Shown in pieces: positions 1 through 10,548 of a stretch of 64,000 bases of DNA. The translations under genes and the position numbers were made by a program. Under the pieces are notes generated by a model. That model saw only the letters and a list, made by a program, of their open reading frames with translations, was not told the origin of the DNA and searched no databases. Position 1 is the first letter of the stretch; each line of letters begins with the position of its first letter. Source of the DNA: a bacterium (GTDB lineage Bacteria > SAR324 > NAC60-12); contig CBDBHR010000030.1 in assembly GCA_965205865.1 (NCBI GenBank), positions 515,031-579,030 of the forward strand, given 5' to 3'.

Positions 1-1335
1 TATCAGCCAGGGAGGCAGAGACCTGACCGCGCAAGCAGGCTTGATTCCGGTTGTCAAATTTTTTCACAAAGAAGGGATTGTTTCAAAGACAGAGCAGACC
101 GTAGATCATCGGCGTGGCGCCACGGGTCTTTATGACGCGGTGGACATGGTCATTTTGTCGGTGGTCGGCATTGTTGGTGGCGCCCGTTCGATTCGTTCGA
201 TTGTGACAGTTTGGAACGACCGTGTTTTGAGTCGTGTGGCCGGTTGGCTGAGGATTCCGGATGAAACCACATTCGGCCGGATACTGCGTACTTTCACACA
301 GAAAAACATCAATGAGATGGAGAGCTTGAACCATCGGATTCGAGCCGGTATCTGGCGTAAGGCGCTTCGAAGTGGGACAAGCATCGTTGGGGTGTTACAC
401 TGTCTTGTGATTGACGTGGACTCCACTGTGAAAACGGCCTACGGCAAGCAGCAAGGAGTGTCTGTCGGATATAATCCCCACAAACGCGGTGCAGCTTCGT
501 ATCATCCTCTGCTGGCATTTTGCGCAGAGACAAAGGAGATTCTTCAGGGTTGGCTTCGTGATGGGAGTGCCTATACCAGCAATGGAGTCGTTGAATTCAT
601 GCGGCAACTTCTCGCTCACCTTCCAAATCGGACTCGCACTCTGTTTCGTGGAGACAGTGGTTTTTTTGTGGGGGATTTGCTGGATTTCCTCGAAGAACGA
701 GGCCATGGCTATCTGATCAAGGTCAAACTCAAGGGGCTTGTCTCGTTGTTGGAAACCCAAAAATGGCAAAAAGTGAAGGGGCAGCCCGCTTGGGAAGGGT
801 GTGAGTTTTCCCACCAATGTGAAACTTGGAGGAGGTCAAGAAAATTCATGGCCGTACGCAGGGAGAAAGAGGAGGAACTCAAAGGGATGGCCACCCTCTT
901 TGAGATGAAGGAGTACGATTATTTTTGTTATGTTCTCACTGACGCGCTCACTCCCTGGCAGGCTCACAAAGAGTATGGCCAAAGGACGGTCGCTGAGACA
1001 TGGATTGAGGAAGCAAAAAATCAAACTGCGCTGGCTCAGATTAAAACCGACGATTTTTGGGCCAACAGTGCCTTGTTCCAATGCGCGATACTCGCTTACA
1101 ACACGCTGAAATTCGCTGGATGGCCCTTTGTAGTGGTAACGCAATACTGCGCCGTTGGGAACCGGCCACCATGCGCACCTATCTTGTCCGAATGGCAGGA
1201 AAATGGACGAGTGGCGCTCGTCAACAAAAACTGAGAGTTCCGGAAAGAACACTTTACAATGCTCAATGGGATGCATGGGTCGCTGTTGGAGAGACCTGGA
1301 TCCTTTGTTTCACTCCAGTGGATACATTTTGCTGA
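1..1335 (+). mobile_element. IS4/IS1380-superfamily DDE transposase gene, 5'-partial at window edge. Apparent frameshift near 1110-1120, with the C-terminus continuing in the +1 frame to 1335; likely pseudogene or defective IS.
   Basis: ORF 41..1234 is open back to nt 2 with no upstream stop. Motif GYNPHKRGAASYHPLLAF with a DDE-type core. C-terminal FWAN..AILAYNTL is followed in the other frame (ORF 1057..1335) by IRW..TMRTYLVRMAGKWTSGARQQKLRVPE, the typical transposase tail. Confidence 0.6.
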
Positions 1336-1918
1336 GATGTAGATTCCCAAATCCAGGGAGAAGTACGTCTTGAATCTTGTGCCCGCGAAAGCGGGTATCA
1401 GATCATCACAAAATATGACGATCTAATGGAGGGCGGAAAAACCTTTATGAGCAAGGACTGATGGAAATTCAACTCTCAAATCCTTTTTTTTAAAAAAACC
1501 TCTCAAAGAGTGGGGGGAAACTCAATCAAAATATTCAATTGCAGGATTTAGGTGTTAAGTAACTGTTACTCGCTGACTGACAAAAGTATCAGTTTTTGTC
1601 AATGAGTGTTCTCCCTTCGGTCGAGCGGTTCGCCGATGCGATGAATAGTAAAATGTGCTCAACGGGGAGTTTTTTGACCCCTGCTGAGGTTAAATAACCT
1701 GAGTTCGAGATAATAATTTAATAAATTCAATATGTTATGGAATCTTCATATCTTAGAGAAACCTTGTAATTATTGAGGGGATTTTATATATTCAACTCTT
1801 GAAAATAATCCTTGTTTGGTTCAGGCTGTGCCGGGTTAGTTGTTAGCCAAAAACGGTAGGTTCCGGTCTGAGTTCGAGCGCATGCGGTGGCGACCCCCCG
1901 CTGCCCCATAAGATGGTT

Positions 1919-2857
1919 TTATAAATGAACCTTCAATTGGGTGAGGGCTTGTTCTATTTCGTGTTGGTAAGCCGTGGAGGGGGCTGTGCCGTATCGAGTG
2001 ACGGAAATACCAGCCGCAGTATTGGCATAGCGAATAGCCTCCATCAATTCCATTCCCTGACTCAAAGCGGTCACGAAGCTGCCGTTGAAAGCGTCACCGG
2101 CCCCGGTGGTGTCGATCACCGGATCCTGCAAAATGATGGCGGGTACATGTTTGAACAAGGATGCGTTTTTGAGGACGACACCATGTTCTCCAAAAGTGAT
2201 GATCACATTTTTAACTCCTCGCTCCAAAAAGAAATCCGCTGCTTTTTCAGCATCTGCGACGGTTTTTACGGAAATCCCCGACAGCGACGAAGCTTCTACT
2301 TCATTGGGCGTGAGAAAATCACAAAGTGGATAAATCGAATCCGGCAACTCGTGGGCGGGGGCGGGATTGAGAATGACCGGGACCTGATGCTCACTGGCGA
2401 GTTCCAATGCTTTGAAAGTAGCGTCCAAAGGCATTTCCAATTGTGTCATGAAATAAGCTGAATTCCGGATGTGTAATTCGACCTGCATGATTTCCTCCAC
2501 GGTAAACGTTGAAGCAGCAGCCGGGCAGACGACAATCGCGTTACGACCCGTACTTTCCTCCAGCATGATGGACGCTATCCCGGTAGGTTGGTTTTCATCG
2601 CGAATGATCAAATCCGTATGGACGCCCTCATTCTTATAATGCTCCAACGCCATATCCCCATAGAGGTCCGCCCCGATTTTGGCGATGAAGTTCACCCTGC
2701 CTCCTGCCCGGCTGGCTGCAATGGCCTGGTTGGAACCCTTGCCACCCGGACCCATGGAAAAGTGCCCCATCAAGGTTTCTCCCGCAATCGGAATTCTTTC
2801 GGAACGAAAGTTCATATCCACTACGTATATGCCAAATATCGTAATTGCTTTGCTCAT
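1919..2857 (-). CDS. rbsK: Ribokinase (PfkB-family carbohydrate kinase).
   Basis: MSKAITIFGIYVVDMNF..GGKGSNQAIAASRAG..DTTGAGDAFNG motifs. GGAG RBS 9 nt upstream of the ATG at 2857. The longer ORF to 3151 is an unsupported N-terminal extension. Confidence 0.8.
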   Translation of the reverse strand: MSKAITIFGIYVVDMNFRSERIPIAGETLMGHFSMGPGGKGSNQAIAASRAGGRVNFIAKIGADLYGDMALEHYKNEGVHTDLIIRDENQPTGIASIMLEESTGRNAIVVCPAAASTFTVEEIMQVELHIRNSAYFMTQLEMPLDATFKALELASEHQVPVILNPAPAHELPDSIYPLCDFLTPNEVEASSLSGISVKTVADAEKAADFFLERGVKNVIITFGEHGVVLKNASLFKHVPAIILQDPVIDTTGAGDAFNGSFVTALSQGMELMEAIRYANTAAGISVTRYGTAPSTAYQHEIEQALTQLKVHL

Positions 2858-3384
2858 ATTCAGGTCTCCATGCAATCTCTCGTTGATGTTGTCTGACCTC
2901 GAGAACGGTTTTAACTCGTTTTCATTCCGGGAATTGTTCATTCCTATCAAAAATTCGTTTGCATTACCATCTTTTTGGATCGTCATGCAATTCATGTTTT
3001 TCGTTGCCGTATTTTGGGAAATCCTTTCCTGAATTGTTCTTGACGACCGCTGAGAAAACGACAATTCTTTTGAAATGGACAATCCTCCCACAAAGCCTCG
3101 GCATTTCATCAGGGAAACCTCGTGTCCTAACAGCATTCCTCTTCTCCCCAATCATCGAAATATCATCATTCTTGCTCCGTATCTCTCAGTATTTCAGAAT
3201 TGCTTTATTTGAATAAAATTATTGGAACTTGACGAGATTCTCTAATCCTAATATGGTTTGATGATCATGTATTAGTGAGAAGAGACCAAGCAATGTAATC
3301 GCGGAGAATATATGGTAAAAACAAGCGCACACTCCGCTATGCGCTTTAGTTACCCCCGGTTTGCTGATACCCCGGAGAATCATA

Positions 3385-4905
3385 ATGCCCAAAACCCGAG
3401 GATTGATCGCTGCCGGCCATATGGCCACTGCAGAAGCTGCCGCTTCCATTTTGCGAGAAGGTGGCAACGCCTTTGACGCAGCCGTCGCCGCATTCCTCAC
3501 CAGTTTTATTTCAGAACCATGCATGAACTCGGCGGGAGGTGGCGCATTCATGGTGGCCTGTGACAAAAATGGAACTGCCTCGGTTTACGATTTTTTCGTG
3601 CAAACTCCCCAACACAAACGTCCTCGGGAGGAAATTCAGTTTTTTCCCATAGAAATCGACTATGGCGCCACCAGGGAAATATTCCATGTAGGGATGGGTT
3701 CTGCCGGCGTGCCGGGTTCCATTGCGGGAATTTTCCAAATGCATGCGGATCGGTGCAGTCTTCCCATCAGAGTCCTGGTAGAACCGGCAATCCAGCTGGC
3801 GCGCAGTGGAGTGGAAGTGGACAGTTTCCAATACCATTCATTTCGCCTTCTCGAACCCATCCTTGCCTTGAATAAAAAAGTCTCCCAGGTCTTTTGGCGG
3901 AATGGACGGCTCATCCCGGAAGGGGAGTTGATGTTTATGCCTGAATTGGCGGACAGTCTTGATTACATGGCTCGCGAAGGAGCCGATGCATTCTATAAAG
4001 GAGAAATTGCCAGAAAACTGATCCTGCTCAATGAGGGAAGAGGCGGCCATCTCACTGCGAAAGATTTGGAAGATTACCAGGTCCGCATCCATCCACCATT
4101 GCAATTTCGCTACCGGGACCGGAAAGTGATCACCAATCCCCTCCCCAGTTTGGGCGGGAGCCTGATGGCTCTGATGTTGGCAATGCTGGAAGCGAAAGGT
4201 CCTGTCGATTATCCTCCACTGAGCCGAAACCACGTGGAACGGTTGATGGAAGTCTGTTACGATACCAGTCGGATTCCCAGAACACCGCAAAGACTTGTCG
4301 AATACCTGACACAGTGGTATCCCGGACAACGCTTTACGGCGTCCCATCACAGTGTCAAAATTGGAGGAACCAGCCACCTGAGTATCCTGGATGAAGATGG
4401 CAATGCCGTTGCCATGTCGGTCTCGAATGGAGAAAGCTGCGGTCATTTTATCCCCAAAACCGGAATCCTGATGAACAACATGCTGGGAGAATCCGCCCTC
4501 TTACCCAATGGTCTTCACTCCTGGGAGGAAGACGTGCGTCTCGGCTCCATGATGTCACCAACCATCGTGCTGGATAAAGAAAACAATGCGGAATTGGTGC
4601 TGGGAAGTGGAGGGGCCGGCCGTATTCCCTTCATGATTGCGCAGGTGATCCATTACGTTGTCGATCATGGAATGGAGATCGAAGAGGCCATCAACGCCCC
4701 ACGGCTTCATTGCTATGACGGGCTCTGCAACCTGGAACCCGGTTTGCCCAGCGATATCCAAATGCCCTCCTTTCTGCGCGAATTTGTTTTCTGGGAGGAA
4801 CAGTCTCTTTTTTTTGGCGGCGTGCACGGGATCCGCTGCCGGAACGGCAGGATGCGGGCAGAAGGAGATCAACGCCGCAGCGGGGTCATGCTTCGGGTTT
4901 ATTGA
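3385..4905 (+). CDS. ggt: Gamma-glutamyltranspeptidase family protein.
   Basis: GGT-like sequence throughout (GHMATAEAAASILREGGNAFDAAVAA; T..GGT.HLSILDEDGNAVAMSVSNG). GGAG RBS before ATG 3385. Confidence 0.75.
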   Translation: MPKTRGLIAAGHMATAEAAASILREGGNAFDAAVAAFLTSFISEPCMNSAGGGAFMVACDKNGTASVYDFFVQTPQHKRPREEIQFFPIEIDYGATREIFHVGMGSAGVPGSIAGIFQMHADRCSLPIRVLVEPAIQLARSGVEVDSFQYHSFRLLEPILALNKKVSQVFWRNGRLIPEGELMFMPELADSLDYMAREGADAFYKGEIARKLILLNEGRGGHLTAKDLEDYQVRIHPPLQFRYRDRKVITNPLPSLGGSLMALMLAMLEAKGPVDYPPLSRNHVERLMEVCYDTSRIPRTPQRLVEYLTQWYPGQRFTASHHSVKIGGTSHLSILDEDGNAVAMSVSNGESCGHFIPKTGILMNNMLGESALLPNGLHSWEEDVRLGSMMSPTIVLDKENNAELVLGSGGAGRIPFMIAQVIHYVVDHGMEIEEAINAPRLHCYDGLCNLEPGLPSDIQMPSFLREFVFWEEQSLFFGGVHGIRCRNGRMRAEGDQRRSGVMLRVY

Positions 4906-5272
4906 CCTCACTCTTCTATCAACCTTGTATTGTCTTGCAATGGTTCTGACATTTTTTTTAATTCTTAATAAATTGAAAATAAATCATTTCAAATACTTAG
5001 AAAAAGTATCTGAATTATTTACAACTTTGAGTCAGTTTCTCAGTTTGAAATAATTCAAGCAATCCCGATGACCGTGTCATGCATGACTTGATCAGGCATC
5101 CAGGAGTTCTTTGGCAGGCCCCCTGGATTCCTGGGCAAGCCAGGAATGACATTGATTCTGTGTACAGAACAAAGAATACTTCATAGGTATTTCAAAACTG
5201 TTAGAAGTATTGGTCTTGGAGATTTGTTAAAAAAGAAAAATTCAATCATCATATACCAATTTTTCATTCTGA

Positions 5273-6400
<1,128 letters not shown>

Positions 6401-6460
6401 AAAGCGTAGGAGATGACTTTGCTCCCCGTCCCCGTTTTTTTGCAATAACACGATGGGCTA

Positions 6461-6497
6461 CCCCCCTCCCCTAGCCCCTCCCTCCAGGGGAGGGGGA
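6461..6497. repeat. G/C-rich palindromic dispersed element (REP-like), family CCCCTCCCC...GGGGAGGGG.
   Basis: cccccctcccctagcccctccctccaggggaggggga. Nested inverted repeats; related copies at 16473, 33581, 40544, 41391 and 48383-48694. Confidence 0.8.
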
Positions 6498-6530
6498 TTC
6501 TCTTGAAGCGGTATTTGGTATCAGCTCTGA

Positions 6531-9500
6531 TTAAGGTGAGACAAACAATTTTTCAAAGCGTTGCAGGCCGTCCAGAATATGATTCATTGAATTGGGGATG
6601 TTGTTCAGAATCAGAGTGTTTTCGGGAACAAAACGGAGTGGGGTTTGTGGCTGTTGCAGCCATTCAATCAGTTTTTCAGTATTCAGCTTATCGGTTTTCA
6701 GGATTTGTACTTGCAACTGATTGTTGCGATGTTCGATGGTTTTAAAAGCGAAACGCTGCCCTAACAGACGGGCTTGGGTGCTTTTGAACAAATCGATCAA
6801 CGGGTCGGGCAAATGCCCGAAACGATTTTCCGTCTCATCCCTTAAGTTTCGGAGCGCCTCTTCATCGCGCACCGCCGCCAGTTTTTTATAGAGGCCCAAT
6901 CGTTGACCGGAGTTGCGGACGTAGGTTTCGGGGATATGACATTGCGCATCAAAACTGATTTTGATTGCTTCAAGTGGAAACGATTCTTTTTGTTTTTTCA
7001 GTTTTTTCACGGCATCGTCTATCATTTGAGTATAGAGTTCCATTCCCACACTGGCAATATGTCCGGATTGCGCGGCTCCCAACAAATTCCCGGCACCCCG
7101 CAATTCCAAATCCCGGGAGGCAATTTTGAATCCGCTTCCCAATTCGTTGAGTTCCTGCAGAATTTTTAAGCGCTCTTCAGCAACTTGGCTCAGGATGCCG
7201 TCCGCAGGAACCAGCAAATACGCATAGGCTTGCAGGTTGCTGCGTCCTACTCTACCGCGGAGTTGGTACAGTTGAGACAAACCGAATTGATGGGCATTGT
7301 TGACGATGATGGTGTTGGCGCGGGGAATATCCAGTCCCGATTCGATAATGGTCGTGGAAACCAAGACCTCATACTCTCCTTCAATAAAACGCATCATGAT
7401 CTTTTCCAACTCATTCTCGCTCAGCTGCCCGTGAGCAATGGCAATTCCCACGTCCGGTAAGATTTGCTTGAGATATGAAGCATATTCATAAATAGTCTCC
7501 ACGCGATTGTGCACGATAAAAACCTGTCCATTCCGTCGAATTTCCCGGCTGACGGCTTCTTGAATGATGTGGGCATTGGATTTGACAAAACGGGTTCGTA
7601 TCGACAGACGGTCCGGCGGTGGTGAGTGAATCAAGCTCAGGTCCCGTATTCCGAGCATGGACATGTACAAGGTTCGTGGAATGGGAGTGGCGGAGAGAGT
7701 GAGGACATCGATCTCGGCGCGGAACTTTTTGATCTTTTCTTTATGGCGCACTCCGAAACGCTGTTCCTCATCGACAACGAGCAGTCCTAAATCCTTGAAT
7801 TCAATATCGGCAGATAACATGCGATGGGTGCCAATCAGAACGTCCACTGTTCCGCAGGCAAGTCGTTTGATAATCTGACGCTGTTCCGCAGGCGTACGAA
7901 AGCGGCTGAGCACTTCAATGGTTACGGGCATGCCGTCCATGCGGTTGCGGAACGAGACAAAGTGCTGTTGCGCTAAAATCGTTGTTGGTACCAAGACACC
8001 CACCTGCTTACTATCGGCAACGGCTTTAAAGGCCGCACGGATGGCAATTTCCGTCTTGCCGAAGCCCACATCTCCACAAACGAGGCGATCCATTGGATAG
8101 GCGCTTTCCATATCCGCTTTGACTTCCCGGATAACGATCGACTGGTCCTCTGTTTCTTCAAAAGGGAAAGCCAATTCGAATTCTGTCATCAGGTGATTAT
8201 CGGGAGCATAACAAAAGCCCTGTTTTGCATTGCGGGCAGCATAAATCTCCACTAAATCATGGGACATTTCTGCTACTGCCTTCGCGACTTTGCTCTTCGC
8301 CTTCGTCCAGGCTTTTTCTCCCAACTTGTTCAAGCGAGGTGGGGAGCCGTCGGCATTGATATACTTTTGTACCAGATGGAATCGGTCTACCGGAATATAG
8401 ACCTTTTCCTCCCTGGCATAAGTGAGCACCATGAAGTCGGAACTTTGCCCCGTGACATTGATTTTTTCCAAACCCCGGTAACGCCCGACGCCATAATCCA
8501 GGTGAACCACGTGATCCCCTTCCTCCAAGTCCTCCAAATTTCCCATCACTTGTTGGATATTGCTTTGATTCAATCGTCGTTTTCGGAATTTTTCTCCAAA
8601 GATTTCTTCCTCCGTGAGCAATGCGAACTCAATCTTTCCCCGGTCATTGGCCATGCGAAATCCGCAAGACAGAGGACCCGTCAAAATCGGGCTCTCTGCG
8701 CAATCCCGGGGGAGTCTGAATCCGTTTTTCAACCAATCTTCCCAACCAGGCTTTTCGTTTTTCAAAGCCTGGCCATTCCCCTCTACTCTGAAATCAGCCA
8801 GCAGTTCTTTCAAATGATCCGCATGGGTTTGATTTCTGGCGGTGAACAGGACGGTTGCTCCATCCTGCTGCCAACTTTTAATTTTCCGGATTGCATGGGC
8901 TACCGATGAATGGGGATCTTGATGGGCTTTTCGTCCATCAGTCCGCAGGGAATGATTGTCCAGGAACGAGCAATCATAAAAAGGATGAACATGATTCAGC
9001 GACTTGGACGATTCAAAGAGATTCAGGGTCAAGAACTTCTTGAAAGCGAGTTCAACATCCTGGTGACTGAGATACGACTGCTCCGGTTTCAAGGCATAGT
9101 GCTTTTGTTGACGACTCAGTTCATATTCCATAAAAATTTCATCATAGACCGCCCGTGATTTCTCCTTGATCTTCCAGGGTTCATCCAAGACGAGCAAACT
9201 GCGGGGGTCCCAATAGTCAAAAAGAGAGGAAGGGTTTTGATAGAACAACCCGAGCAAAGATTCGATTCCGGAAAAATATTGTTTCTGCTGCAACAAAGCG
9301 CATGTTTGCTCCAGTACTGCGGACGGATTTTGTCGCTGCGCTTGCTCCAGCATTTCCTGCGCATGACTATGGATATCCGCGCTGAAGAGTATTTCCTGAG
9401 CTGGTAAAATGGCAATGCTTTCCAGAGGTTGTCCTGCGGAAAGCTGGGTTTGTACATCAAAGACTTTGATGCTCGAGAGCGATTCGTGTTCCCATTCCAG

Positions 9501-10070
9501 GCGCAAGGGGGTTTGATGGTTGAGCGGGAAAAGATCCACTATTTCCTCCCGTACGCTGTATTCTCCTCGTTCTTCCACCACATCCACCAGGATGTAACCC
9601 GCCTCTCCGATCCGCCTCAGTAGAAAAGGACGAGGAATGCTTTTTCCGCATTGCAATTCGAAGCAATTTCGCAAAAAAAGTGATTGGGGAATCATGCGCT
9701 GCATGAGGGCCATAGGGGTGGTGATCAACAACTGAACCTGTTTGTCATGCAAAGCTTTCAGCGCTTGAAAGCGACGGGAAACAATATCCCTGTGTGGCGA
9801 AAAATTGTCGTAAGGTAAGGTGTCCCAATGCGGAAAAAAATAAAGCCCTTCCCCTCCGGAGAAAAAATGAAGGTCTTCCTGAAGTTGTTCCGCCCTTTCA
9901 AACGAATCTGCAACCACAATGACCGGGCGACCATTGAAACGCGGCAACTGCGAAACGAGCAAGGATTTACTCGAACCTCGCAAACCTCCAAGATAGAGAT
10001 TTTGGCTCTGATTCGGGAGGTTGCTCAAAAACTTTTTGAGTGCGTCGTTCATACCTGAATCAAGAAACAA
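6531..10070 (-). CDS. mfd: Transcription-repair coupling factor.
   Basis: 1179 aa. UvrB-homology N-terminus, CarD/TRCF domain (LEEGDHVVHLDYGVGRY) and DEAD/DEAH helicase motifs (VCGDVGFGKTEIA, DEEQRFG). Confidence 0.9.
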   Translation of the reverse strand: MFLDSGMNDALKKFLSNLPNQSQNLYLGGLRGSSKSLLVSQLPRFNGRPVIVVADSFERAEQLQEDLHFFSGGEGLYFFPHWDTLPYDNFSPHRDIVSRRFQALKALHDKQVQLLITTPMALMQRMIPQSLFLRNCFELQCGKSIPRPFLLRRIGEAGYILVDVVEERGEYSVREEIVDLFPLNHQTPLRLEWEHESLSSIKVFDVQTQLSAGQPLESIAILPAQEILFSADIHSHAQEMLEQAQRQNPSAVLEQTCALLQQKQYFSGIESLLGLFYQNPSSLFDYWDPRSLLVLDEPWKIKEKSRAVYDEIFMEYELSRQQKHYALKPEQSYLSHQDVELAFKKFLTLNLFESSKSLNHVHPFYDCSFLDNHSLRTDGRKAHQDPHSSVAHAIRKIKSWQQDGATVLFTARNQTHADHLKELLADFRVEGNGQALKNEKPGWEDWLKNGFRLPRDCAESPILTGPLSCGFRMANDRGKIEFALLTEEEIFGEKFRKRRLNQSNIQQVMGNLEDLEEGDHVVHLDYGVGRYRGLEKINVTGQSSDFMVLTYAREEKVYIPVDRFHLVQKYINADGSPPRLNKLGEKAWTKAKSKVAKAVAEMSHDLVEIYAARNAKQGFCYAPDNHLMTEFELAFPFEETEDQSIVIREVKADMESAYPMDRLVCGDVGFGKTEIAIRAAFKAVADSKQVGVLVPTTILAQQHFVSFRNRMDGMPVTIEVLSRFRTPAEQRQIIKRLACGTVDVLIGTHRMLSADIEFKDLGLLVVDEEQRFGVRHKEKIKKFRAEIDVLTLSATPIPRTLYMSMLGIRDLSLIHSPPPDRLSIRTRFVKSNAHIIQEAVSREIRRNGQVFIVHNRVETIYEYASYLKQILPDVGIAIAHGQLSENELEKIMMRFIEGEYEVLVSTTIIESGLDIPRANTIIVNNAHQFGLSQLYQLRGRVGRSNLQAYAYLLVPADGILSQVAEERLKILQELNELGSGFKIASRDLELRGAGNLLGAAQSGHIASVGMELYTQMIDDAVKKLKKQKESFPLEAIKISFDAQCHIPETYVRNSGQRLGLYKKLAAVRDEEALRNLRDETENRFGHLPDPLIDLFKSTQARLLGQRFAFKTIEHRNNQLQVQILKTDKLNTEKLIEWLQQPQTPLRFVPENTLILNNIPNSMNHILDGLQRFEKLFVSP

Positions 10071-10548
10071 ACCGTTATTTCAGTGAGTGGAGTTCTGATG
10101 GAATAAAATGCGTAATGCCAATGATCTGATTCGAAGAGGAGGGCAGTTGTTTGCTTTGAAAGCGTAACATATTTCGCGAGGATGACATATAAATCAGGAT
10201 GCTCATATTATTGAAGATTTATGTCGAACTCAGATTAACATAAGATATATCCTGTTCCAATTAAAAAAACAATTCCTAATCCCACATCGTCCCTGCACCG
10301 ACAATTCGAGTGATCGACGCATGCCACTCTCCTCGTATTTTCTTCACGATTCTCCGGCATACTTGACAGAAGAGGCCACAAGGATTACTCTGAAAAGGAT
10401 CTTCGCATCCACCGATACAACAACATTGTAATCCCCGGATTCCCGCTTTCACGGGGATGATATTTTTGTTGTGAACTCGTTTGAGTAAACACAACGTTTT
10501 AAATGCAACTTCGTATAGAGTGCCATTACAAGCAGTAGATAGGACAAA

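Noticed and set aside
1919-3151. Long form (410 aa) of the ribokinase ORF.
   Set aside because: The 98 N-terminal residues have no homology. A good RBS and start exist at 2857, giving a canonical about 312-aa ribokinase.
8259-9158. Plus-strand ORFs (216 aa, 82 aa and others) inside the mfd coding region.
   Set aside because: They are antisense to a strongly supported 1179-aa Mfd gene, have no motifs, and show typical shadow-ORF composition.
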